NCBI GenBank assembly: GCA_002422505.1
Contig: DIVX01000141.1
Coordinates: forward strand, 1,191 to 65,190
Direction of reading: 5' to 3'
DNA length: 64,000 nt
Origin: Desulfovibrio sp. UBA6121
GTDB lineage: Bacteria; Desulfobacterota; Desulfovibrionia; Desulfovibrionales; Desulfovibrionaceae
In this document: positions 28,740 through 37,900 of the stretch, one piece after another
Layout of the letters: each line of letters begins with the position of its first letter
Position numbering within the stretch: position 1 is the stretch's first letter
Notes under the pieces: model-generated
The model's input: only the letters and a program-made list of their open reading frames with translations
The model's database searches: none
What the model was told of the DNA's origin: nothing
Translations under genes and position numbers: made by a program

Positions 28740-29429
28740 TCAAGATATCGCTACAAGCTGACCCTTTTGCATGGTGAAGGCGCGTGTGCAACGTTTCGCC
28801 ACAGCCGGGTCGTGCGTCACAATGAGCATGGTTGTGTCGTGCTCGCGCACTATCTGCTGAAAATACTCCATGACCATGTCGCTGGTGCCCTTGTCCAACT
28901 GTCCTGTCGGCTCATCTCCCAGCAGAACTTTAGGGTTGTTCACCAGGGCGCGGGCAATGGCCACGCGTTGTTGCTCGCCGCCGGAAAGGCGGTTTGTCGG
29001 ATAATCAATGCGGTGGGTGAGCCCCACACGTCCAAGTGCCTGCTCAATGGTTTGGCGGCGCATGGCCAACGGCACGCGTGCGTAGATGAGCGGGTACTCC
29101 AGATTTTCATATACGCTTGAGTGCTCGAAAAGGTTGCAGGACTGAAGGATGAAACCGAGGTATTCCCGCCGGAAGGCCGCCTGCCTGTCTTCGGAAAGGC
29201 CGAACATGTCGTGCCCCAGAATGGTGTAGCGACCGGCCGTGGGCGGAGCCAACAGCCCGATGATGTGCAGCAGGCTTGACTTTCCGCAGCCGGAAGGCCC
29301 CATGATGGCGACCATCTCGCCTGCATGCAGATCCAGGTTGACCCCGCAGAGCACGTCTATGTTTTCTGCGGTGGTGGCGTATGTTTTTCGCAGCGCCTCA
29401 ATGCGCACAATCGCATCTTTTTTATTCAT
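28740..29429 (-). CDS. ABC transporter ATP-binding protein (MacB/LolD-like)
   Basis: [31 protein letters not shown] and VTHD. Confidence 0.95.
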   Translation of the reverse strand: MNKKDAIVRIEALRKTYATTAENIDVLCGVNLDLHAGEMVAIMGPSGCGKSSLLHIIGLLAPPTAGRYTILGHDMFGLSEDRQAAFRREYLGFILQSCNLFEHSSVYENLEYPLIYARVPLAMRRQTIEQALGRVGLTHRIDYPTNRLSGGEQQRVAIARALVNNPKVLLGDEPTGQLDKGTSDMVMEYFQQIVREHDTTMLIVTHDPAVAKRCTRAFTMQKGQLVAIS

Positions 29430-30612
29430 AGCGTATCGCCGCCACGGAGTCCATGCGTGCGGCCCGCAGGGCCGGGTAGAAGCCTGTGGCCACGCCGAGC
29501 ACAGCCGAGAACACGAAGCTTATGCCTGCGTTCAGGAAAAAGAGAGCCATGGAAGGCTTGTCCTGCAGGTAGGCGCCTGCCGTTTGCACTACGATGAACG
29601 CCAGCACGATGCCGATCAAGGCTGCGCTCAGGCTTAAGGTTAGGGCCTCGCAAAGAAACTGCGCCAGAATGTCGCACTGCTCCGCGCCCATGGCCTTTTT
29701 GAGCCCGATTTCCCGCGTGCGGGCGATGACTGAGCTCATCATGCCATTCCAGATGCCGAAACCGCCCACGGTCAGTGTGGCGGCGATGGAAACCGCGACA
29801 AATAGCTGGATCCACCAGATCATGGAAATCACACGCTCCAATTGTTTGGCCGCGATGTCAACTTTCAGGAATTTGGGATTCTGGTGCTGCGCAACAATGC
29901 CAGGAATGGCCGCGCCCACGCTGAGCACACCGTCCCAGGCGCGGCAGCGCACCATCAGGCGGTCCGCGCGCATGGTTCCGTTGCTGCGGCGCACCGCGCT
30001 GGTCAGCGGAAGCAGGGCGAACTTCTTGCGGTCGCCCACCTGCAGGCCGCCAACGACGCCTATTATTTTGAACACCTCTGTGCGGATTGGCAAGTACTGG
30101 CCCACGGGATCTTCTGTGTCGAAAAGGTTTTTGGCCAATTCTTCGCCCAAAACGCACACCCTTTCCCCGGCCTCCACCTCCTGGGCGCCAAAAAGCCGAC
30201 CTTTAATGGCGGCGAGGCTGCTGGTGTGCCAGTAGTGTTCGTCCACTCCGAGCAGCGGCGTGGCTGTGGTCTTTCCGCGCCAGTAAAGCGCCAGCCAGTC
30301 CACATAGTCCGTGGCCACGCTGGCGGACTCCACTTCAGGCAGGGCGCGTATGGCCTCCACTGTTTCCGGCAGAAAGGATTGCGGCGCGGCGGTGGTGTCG
30401 GTGGAGGTGGTGAAGCCGGCCAGAATGACCGTGGCCCCGCCAAGCAGGTCCAGGTCGCGGTTCATGTCATGTTTCAACTGGTCGCCCAGGGTCAGCATGG
30501 TGATGAGGCTTGAGGTGCCCAGCGCCACGGCAAGCACGACCCCCAGGCTGCGTCTTCGCTGCCGGAAGACCTGCCGCACGCTGATGTGCAGGATGTCGTG
30601 CAGGGCAATCAA
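29422..30612 (-). CDS. ABC transporter permease (MacB/FtsX family)
   Basis: R.RSL..VL.VALG, a periplasmic domain, VGGFGIWNGM..SV..RTREIGLKKAMGA and PALRAARMD...AIRYE. Confidence 0.93.
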   Translation of the reverse strand: MIALHDILHISVRQVFRQRRRSLGVVLAVALGTSSLITMLTLGDQLKHDMNRDLDLLGGATVILAGFTTSTDTTAAPQSFLPETVEAIRALPEVESASVATDYVDWLALYWRGKTTATPLLGVDEHYWHTSSLAAIKGRLFGAQEVEAGERVCVLGEELAKNLFDTEDPVGQYLPIRTEVFKIIGVVGGLQVGDRKKFALLPLTSAVRRSNGTMRADRLMVRCRAWDGVLSVGAAIPGIVAQHQNPKFLKVDIAAKQLERVISMIWWIQLFVAVSIAATLTVGGFGIWNGMMSSVIARTREIGLKKAMGAEQCDILAQFLCEALTLSLSAALIGIVLAFIVVQTAGAYLQDKPSMALFFLNAGISFVFSAVLGVATGFYPALRAARMDSVAAIRYE

Positions 30613-30854
30613 GGCAATAAACCACCTTTTTGACGGGTTCGAAAATTCAGCTGTTGTTTATGCAAAAGCCGGGCCGAGTATTTTGCGGGTGCTTTGGAGG
30701 TGTATTCCTGCCGCCCCCGCAGCATTAATGCTGCCGAAAAACTCTTGCACCATGTCTTCACCATGCATTCCACGAATGACCATCGCCGTTGAGGTTGCGG
30801 CGCGGCTGCGTCCATCAAGACTTTTAGAGTCCATCGTTCGGAAAGTTGTCTCCC

Positions 30855-31910
30855 TCATCGTGGCTCCACAGGGGGCGATTGCTCCTGTGGTGCGGCGCGT
30901 GCTCCCCGAAGCAGTGCGCCAAGGGAGAAACCACAGGCCCATAAGCTGACCGCACCCAGCAGAAGCGAAACTGCGGTGGTCAGGGCGTGGTAGAGAATGG
31001 CGAAGGCCAGGGCCTGCTCCGTGCCGACGCCGAAAATGCCCAGGCCCAGCATTATCGCCCCGTGCGTGGTGCCTATGCCCGCAGGCATTGGCGCAACGAT
31101 GAGTCCGAGCACGGTGAGGCACATGGCGAGCATGGCGCAGGCCAAGGCCGGTGGCACAAACAGCGCTGTCATGCCGACCTGGAAGCTTAGCACCACCAGG
31201 GCCCAGGTCAGCAACGAAAGCCCCCCGCCAAGAAACAGTACGCGGCCATGGAACAGGGAGCGCACCCCGACCAGCACGGCGCTGGCGCGCGATTCCCACA
31301 GAGCGGGGTCCCGCCGCAGCATTTGCGCCAGGTTGCGCACGCAGCGTTGCGCCAGGGGCTCAAAGGCGCAGAGGCTCCAGGCCGCGCCGATGATGCCCAG
31401 AAGGCTTGCACTGGCGACCCAGAGCCCGCCGCCCGCCGCCAGGGGCTGGGCTTGCGCCTGGCTCAGCAGGGGCAAGGTGGCGGCAAAAATAGCCAGCACG
31501 GCCAGTACGTCAAGCACCCTGTCTACAAAGAGCCGCGAGAGCGCCTCGCTGCGGCCGCCAGGCAGGTGCGGCCCCAGAAGCAGGGCCATGCACATGTCGC
31601 CAGAGCGCAGCGGCAGCAGGCAATTGACCATGACGCCGATGTTGTAGACATGGATGGTGCGCAGCAGGCTGGTTCGGCTTTGCAGCACCACATGCAGCCG
31701 CAAGGCGCGCACTAGGTTGGACAGCACGGCCAGCAGCACCAGCAGCAACACAAGGCCCGGTCTTGCCTGGCGCAGCACCCCCGCCAGGGCGTCCAAATCA
31801 ACCGAGCTCGCCAGCCACAGGGCGACTGCGGCGCTCAGGGCAATGCCTAGGAGCGGCGGGACGGCTCGCAGCCATGACCCGCGCGCGGAAGGGCAGGTGC
31901 GCGCGTTCAT
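30855..31910 (-). CDS. Flippase-like membrane protein (LPG synthase TM/UPF0104 family)
   Basis: RALR, NCLLPLRSGD, DRVLD, PMPAGIGTTH and A.AFAILYH. Confidence 0.88.
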   Translation of the reverse strand: MNARTCPSARGSWLRAVPPLLGIALSAAVALWLASSVDLDALAGVLRQARPGLVLLLVLLAVLSNLVRALRLHVVLQSRTSLLRTIHVYNIGVMVNCLLPLRSGDMCMALLLGPHLPGGRSEALSRLFVDRVLDVLAVLAIFAATLPLLSQAQAQPLAAGGGLWVASASLLGIIGAAWSLCAFEPLAQRCVRNLAQMLRRDPALWESRASAVLVGVRSLFHGRVLFLGGGLSLLTWALVVLSFQVGMTALFVPPALACAMLAMCLTVLGLIVAPMPAGIGTTHGAIMLGLGIFGVGTEQALAFAILYHALTTAVSLLLGAVSLWACGFSLGALLRGARAAPQEQSPPVEPR

Positions 31911-33550
31911 TGGGCGGCGCTCGCCAAGGGCTCACGCATGTCGAGCACAAGGGTGCGGGCGTCCACCTGGGCGGCCTTGAAGTGACCGGAGAGCGCTGCG
32001 AACTGCGGCGCACCAGCCGCGAGCTTGCGGATTCTTGTGCTGAAGGGCTCGAAAAACGGGGTCCGGGCCAGGAATTCCGGTTCGTACTGCCGCTGGTCAA
32101 CCACGAAGAAGTCGATGCCCTCCTCGTGGCAGAAGCGCGCCAGTTCCTCCGGGTGCGTGGCGTAGCTGGCCGTGGCCAGCCGCTCCAGCCGGGGCCCCAG
32201 CTGCGTCCAGTAGCCGGTGCTCCAGGGGTGGGCCAGCTCGAAGGAGGCGTAAACGTTTCGCTGGCCAAAGGTCAGCACATTGTCCATCAACTCCGGCGGG
32301 CCGGCAAAGCGTGCGCTCTTGGGGGTGGAGCGGGCGTACTCGTACAGCGCCGTCCCTGCGGAGTAGTCGTACAATTCCACGCCGTATTGCCGCGCCGCAC
32401 CCAGGAGCAGGGCGCAGGCCAGCAGCGACGCGGCCAGAATCTTGGGAGCGCCAGCCAGCCGGGGCCGGAAGAGGGCGTCCAGCAAAAAGGCCACACCCAG
32501 GCAAAGGAGGATGTTGGTTGTGTATTCCAAATAGCGCGAGGGCACGAAAAGCTTGAAGGCGGCCAGCCGCGCCACGGCATAGAGCCCCAGCGAAGCCCCC
32601 AGCAGGGAGCCCAGGACGGCCGCGTGGGGGGCCAGCGCCTGCCACCGGGCGCGGCGCGCCCCCAGAACCAGGGCGGGCAGCAGCAGGCAGGTGAAGGCGA
32701 TGCCGGGAACGAGCCCCTGGCGGAAGGGGGCAAACACGCTCCAGGGCCGGGCGACGAGTTCCCAGCCCAACGAAGGTATGGGCAGCAGATTTAGCCGACC
32801 GCCAGCATGGAACTCTGGCCGGTTTAGAACCTCTTTGGCCCAGGGGAGCGGCCCGAAGCCCGCAGCTCCCAGGCCGTGCTGCCAGGCCACGGCAAGGGCA
32901 AGGCAGGCGAGGCAGCAGCAGGCGTCGCGCCAGCCGTGCAGCAGCGGCGTGGCTTTGACGATGCGCAGGCGCCAGGCGGCCAGGTGCCCCGCTGCGGCCA
33001 GCAGGCACAGCAAAAGAATGTAGGGAATGAACAGGGCCTGCCCCAGCAGGGCGGCCAGGGCCAGGGGGCGGCTTTTGCGGGCAAGGGCGTAGAGGAACAG
33101 CAGCAGCAGCGGTGCGGCGAAGGCGCGCGCCAGGCCGCCGGAAATGTTCTCCATGAACGCGGGCGAAAGCCAGCAGGCGCAGAGTGCGGCCAGCCCCAGG
33201 CCGTGGTCTTTCAGGGCGCAGCCGGTGGAATAGAAGAGCGCGCCAAGCCAGGCGAAGAGCGTAACGGCCACGAGCTTGGAAAAGAAAAGCGGGGGAAAGG
33301 CCAGCACGCCCAGCCGGTACAGGCCCTGCACGCCCCAGGATACATACAGCTTGGCGTAATCGTTCAAAAGGTCCCGGGGGTAGAGGTCAGGGTCCAGCCA
33401 GCGCTGCATCCAGTAGAGCTGCTGGCGCACGTCGTCGTTAACCACAAAGGGATTGGCGAGGCCCGGCCACTGCGCCGCCACGCCCACCAGCGCCGAGGCG
33501 CAGAACGCCAGCAGGCCAGGGGCAAGGGGGGAGGTGCGTTGCATGGGCAT
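31907..33550 (-). CDS. Multi-TM membrane protein, GT-C-like candidate
   Basis: First-loop VVNDDVRQ, GGLARAFAAP and LFVPSRY, with a C-terminal soluble domain (TPKSARFAG...GIDFFVVD). Confidence 0.72.
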   Translation of the reverse strand: MPMQRTSPLAPGLLAFCASALVGVAAQWPGLANPFVVNDDVRQQLYWMQRWLDPDLYPRDLLNDYAKLYVSWGVQGLYRLGVLAFPPLFFSKLVAVTLFAWLGALFYSTGCALKDHGLGLAALCACWLSPAFMENISGGLARAFAAPLLLLFLYALARKSRPLALAALLGQALFIPYILLLCLLAAAGHLAAWRLRIVKATPLLHGWRDACCCLACLALAVAWQHGLGAAGFGPLPWAKEVLNRPEFHAGGRLNLLPIPSLGWELVARPWSVFAPFRQGLVPGIAFTCLLLPALVLGARRARWQALAPHAAVLGSLLGASLGLYAVARLAAFKLFVPSRYLEYTTNILLCLGVAFLLDALFRPRLAGAPKILAASLLACALLLGAARQYGVELYDYSAGTALYEYARSTPKSARFAGPPELMDNVLTFGQRNVYASFELAHPWSTGYWTQLGPRLERLATASYATHPEELARFCHEEGIDFFVVDQRQYEPEFLARTPFFEPFSTRIRKLAAGAPQFAALSGHFKAAQVDARTLVLDMREPLASAAQ

Positions 33551-33594
33551 GGCGATCTGGCTCCGCGTCTGGGCTGGCAGAGGGCTGCGCCGCG

Positions 33595-34935
33595 TTACTC
33601 GGCCAGCCCCGCAGCAATGGCCTTGGCCGTGGTCTCCAGCTGCGCCGGTGTGTGCTCGCTGCACAGGAAGATGCGCAGGCGGGCCTGCTGTTCTTCGACT
33701 GCTGGGGCGAAGATGGGCTGTGCGTTGACGCCCCGCGTGAACAGGCGGCTTGAGATATTGATGGCCCCCAGGGAACTGCCGATGATGATGGGCACGATGG
33801 CCAGCCCGGCGCTGTTGCCGGTGTTCAGCCCCTCGGCTTTGCACAGTTCCAGGAACAGTCTTCCCGCCCGGCGTAGCGCACGGCAGCGCTCCGGTTCGCG
33901 CTGCAGCAGTTCCAGGCATTTGAGGGAGGCTGCCGCCAGCGGGGGCGACATGCCGACGCTGTAAAGGAAGCCCGGCGCGGTGTGGCGCAGGTAGTCCACA
34001 ATGAGCCGCTGCCCGGCGATGAACCCGCCGCAGCCGGAAAAGGTCTTGCTCAAGGTGCCCATCCAGAAGTCGGCGCAGGTGCGCGGCAGCCCGAAATGCT
34101 CGGCAATGCCCCGGCCCGTGGCGCCCATCACGCCGATGGAGTGGGCTTCGTCCACCAGCAGGAAGGTCTTGTAGCGCTCCCGTATCGCCACAAAGCGCGG
34201 CAGGTCGGGGTAGTCGCCGTCCATGCTGTACAGGCCTTCCACCACCACCAGCACCCGCTCGTGGTTGGGGCGCAGGGTGCGCAGCATGTCGTCCAGGGCC
34301 TGCCAGTCGTTGTGAGGAAAACTCAGGCGCTTTGCGCCGGAAAGTATCGCCCCTTGCACCACGCTGTTGTGGGCCAGGGCATCGTGCACAATCAGGTCGC
34401 GCGGGCCAAAAAGGTGGCCGATGACGGTGACATTGGTGGCGTGCCCGCTGACCATGGCCACGCAGTCCTCGGTGCCCAGGAAGTCCGCCAGGGCGTGCTC
34501 CAATTGGCCGTGCAGCGGGCGTTCGCCGGAAACCATGCGGCTGGCCGAGGGCGAGGTTCCGTAGCGCTGGATTGCCTCGTACGTGGCGGCGGTAACTTCC
34601 GGGTGCCCGTTCAGGCAAAGGTAGTTGTAGTTGGAAAAGTTCAGGTATTCCTTGCCGCCAATGCGCGTTGTGGCGGCGGGGATGCCCTCGTGCACGCGGA
34701 AGAACGGGTCCGTCATGCCGAGGGCGACCCCGGCCTGGCGCAGGGCCAGGTATTCCTTCACGCCGGGGAACTGCGCCGGATCGCTGAAGCGCGGCGGCAC
34801 GGGCTGCACAGAGGGGCGCACGTCCCCCAGGTTGAGCTCCAGGGGTTCGGCCTCGACAATGGTCTCCTGCTGTCGGCGCGCCATCTGCTGCTTGAGCCCG
34901 TCGGACAGGCCGAACAGCGGCTTACTTTTTGTCAT
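33595..34935 (-). CDS. PLP-dependent alpha-oxoamine synthase (serine palmitoyltransferase/RkpG/WcbT-like)
   Basis: NFSNYNYL.L, SR..SG, SGHATN, HNS, EGLYSMDGD, DEAHSIG and GTLSKT (PLP lysine). It overlaps the 3' end of the PKS. Confidence 0.92.
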   Translation of the reverse strand: MTKSKPLFGLSDGLKQQMARRQQETIVEAEPLELNLGDVRPSVQPVPPRFSDPAQFPGVKEYLALRQAGVALGMTDPFFRVHEGIPAATTRIGGKEYLNFSNYNYLCLNGHPEVTAATYEAIQRYGTSPSASRMVSGERPLHGQLEHALADFLGTEDCVAMVSGHATNVTVIGHLFGPRDLIVHDALAHNSVVQGAILSGAKRLSFPHNDWQALDDMLRTLRPNHERVLVVVEGLYSMDGDYPDLPRFVAIRERYKTFLLVDEAHSIGVMGATGRGIAEHFGLPRTCADFWMGTLSKTFSGCGGFIAGQRLIVDYLRHTAPGFLYSVGMSPPLAAASLKCLELLQREPERCRALRRAGRLFLELCKAEGLNTGNSAGLAIVPIIIGSSLGAINISSRLFTRGVNAQPIFAPAVEEQQARLRIFLCSEHTPAQLETTAKAIAAGLAE

Positions 34936-37900
34936 GCGCCGCTCCGGAGCGGGAAGTTTGCTGTTTTAGGGCCGCGAGTTCGTCCTCGGCCAGGTGGCGG
35001 CTGGCCACATCCTGCATGGCGTCGGGCTGATCGCCGTTTTCCGGCTCCGAAAGGCTTAGGGCGATGCGCTGGGCCAGTGCGGCGATGCTGCCGCCCTGCG
35101 AAAGCGAGAGGTTTGGTATGTTGACCCCGAAACGGTCCTCGATGGACAGGCTCAGTTCCACGGCCATGAGCGAGTCCATGCCGAACTCGGCCAGATTCTT
35201 TTGCGGCTCCAGCTGATCGGCCGGGATGCTTGTGATGGTGGATACTGCCTGGGCCAGCTGTGTGGTGATCTCGGCCAAGGCCTCGTGCGGGGGGAGGCCC
35301 AGCAGGTGTTGGCGCAGGTTCAAGGCCTCGGCTTCATCGGCCTTGCCCCGGCCCTGCAGCAGGTGGGCGATGCGCGGCGCGCCAATCCCTGGCAGCATGC
35401 GGCGCAAAGAGCCCCAGTCAGGATCGAACACAGCGGCCACGGGCAACTCGCCCCTGAGCTGGCGCTCCATGGCGTCCAGCGCCTCGGCGGAAGAGAGCGT
35501 GCGTCCCAGGCGTGAGGTTAGGGCCTGCTTAATTTCCTTGTGCCGCGACAGATAGCCCACGTCGTCTATGGCGCCCCAGGCCAGGGCCAGGGCGGGCTGC
35601 CCGGCGGCGCGCCGCAGCCGCGCCAGCGATTCCAGGAAGAAGTTGGCCGCCACGTAATTCCCTTGGCCCGGATTGCCGACAACCGTGGTGGCGGAGGAGA
35701 ACAGCACGAAGAAGTCCAGGTCCTGCGTCAGCTGGTGCAGGTTCCACGCGCCCAGAATCTTGGGGGCCAGGACCTTGCGCATGCGTTCCGGCGTCAGGTC
35801 GCGGGCCAGGCCGTCATCAAGCACCATGGCCGCGTGAACAACGCCGCGCAAAGGCGGCATGGTCTGCCGGATATCCTGAAGCAGGGCCGCCAGTTGCTCG
35901 CGGTCGGTCACGTCGGCCTTGGCCTCCAGCACGCGCACGCCACTGGCCTGCAACCGGCCAAGGGCCGCACGGGCCTCGTCCGTTGTGGCGCCGCGCCTGC
36001 TTGCAAGCACAAGGTTGCGCGCCCCAAGGCTGACCAGCCGTTGCGCCGTAGCCAGGCCGAAGCCGCTGACCCCGCCCGTGACCAGGTACGTGGCCTGGGC
36101 CGAGAGGGCGAAACGCGCCGTGGTGGGCCTGGGCGCAGGCGGCGGGCCAACGACGATTTTGCCGATGTGCCGTGACTGCTGCATGGTGCGGAAGGCGTCC
36201 ACAATGGCCTCTGCCGGGAAGAATGTGTAGGGCAGGGGAGCCAGCGCGCCCTTCTCGAAATTGGCCATGAGCTCGCGGAAGAGCTCGGCCCCGAGCGCCG
36301 GGCGCTCCTTCAGAATCTGGTCGGCGTCGATGCCGAAGTAGGAGACGTTGTTGCGCAGAGGGCGCACGCCCACCAGACTGTCGTTGTAGAAATCGCGCTT
36401 GCCGAGCTCCAGGAACCGGCCAAAGGGCTTGAGCAGCGCCAGGCCCTTGTTCACGGCCTCGCCCGCCAGGGTGTTCAGCACCACGTCCACACCTTGGCCG
36501 CCGGTGGCGTCAAGCACGTCGTCCACAAAGCTTAAGCTGCGGGAATCGTAGATGTTGGTAAGGCCGAGCAGACGCAGGAAGTCCCGTTTGCGCTCTGAAC
36601 CGGCGGTGACGTAAATCTCCGCCCCCATGAGCGCCGCGCATTGGATGGCCGCAATGCCCACCCCACCGGCCGCGCCGTGGATCAGTACGCGCTCCCCGGG
36701 CTGCAGCCGGGCCAGATGCTGGAAGGCGTAGTGCACGGTGAAGAACGTTGTGGGCAGGGTGGCCGCCGCTGCGTAGTCCATGCTTTCCGGCAGGCGGGCG
36801 CAGGCGGCGGCATCGGTGACGACCCGGTCGGCAAAGCCCGCCGGGGTGAAGGCCAGCACGCGGTCACCGGGGGCGAAGCCGGTCACCCCGGAGCCCACGG
36901 CCAGCACGTCGCCCGCGCACTCCATGCCCAGGCTGGGGCCGGCGAAGCCGTTCTCCAGGGCTTCATCCTGCAAGAGCCCCATGACCCACATGAGGTCGCG
37001 GAAGTTGAGACCTGTAGCGCGCACCTGGATGACGACCTGCCCGGGGCCGGGCTGGGGCAGCAGGCCCGTGCACCAGCGCAGGTTCTCCAGGGATCCCTGC
37101 GCCTTGAACTCCAGGCGGGTCACGGCGCGGGCGGCTTCCTCCGGGGCAAGCGGGGCAGCCGGGTGGGGCTGCGGCGTCAGCCGTGGCGCAAAACGTCCTT
37201 CGGCGCGCAAGAATACTTCGTTTTCTTCGTCGGGCGCGGCCAGTTCGCCCGCCAGCCAGGCGGCGGCCTGCGCATTCGGGGCGTTCTGCAGGTCGACCAG
37301 ATGCCAGCCGAGTTCGGCGTGCTCGTTCATCAGCACGCGGCCCAGGCCCCACAGCATAGCCTGGGATGGGCTGGCGGTTGCGTCGGCCGAAAAGGCATTC
37401 AGCGTAGGCAGCCAGACACGGGGCGGCTCCGGCCATGCGGAAAGAACCCGCGCCGCAGCGCACACCGTGCCCAAAAAGTCGGCAGCGCCGTCAAGAGAGG
37501 GGCCGCGCGCGTCGCCCAGGGCCTCGCCAGCCAGAAGCATCACTTCCTGGGGCCGTGTAGCGGGGGGCTGGGTCTCCAGGGCCTCCACCACGGCATCGAC
37601 GCCGCTTTCGCCAGCGGGCAGGGTGACAAGGCGGGCGGTCAGGCCTGTCGTTTCGAGGCAGCGGACGAGGGCGCTGGCCAGGGGCTCGGCCTCTGGCGCG
37701 GCCAGCAGCAGCAACTCTCGGGTTTGAACCTGCGCATCCGGCTGCTGCTGCGCTTGCGGCGCGTGGGCGGCCAGGAGCTGGAAGCCCAGGGGGTCGCCCG
37801 GATCGGCGAGGACCGCAGGAGCGGTGAAATCCGCCTGGGACAAGAAGGCCCGCCACTGCGCACCGGTGTGCAGGCAGCTCCGGCGTGTGTTGACGCCCGG

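Noticed and set aside
30609-30818. 69-aa ORF as a secreted or RiPP precursor peptide
   Set aside because: No clear RBS, leader or recognisable motif. More likely a promoter region.
31907-34618. 903-aa apparent ORF
   Set aside because: The N-terminal ~356 aa are an off-frame read of the oxoamine synthase gene.
33595-34935. Annotation as bioF
   Set aside because: No bio genes are nearby, the gene overlaps the PKS, and it has an N-terminal extension. An acyl-chain-accepting synthase fits better, although the substrate is unproven.
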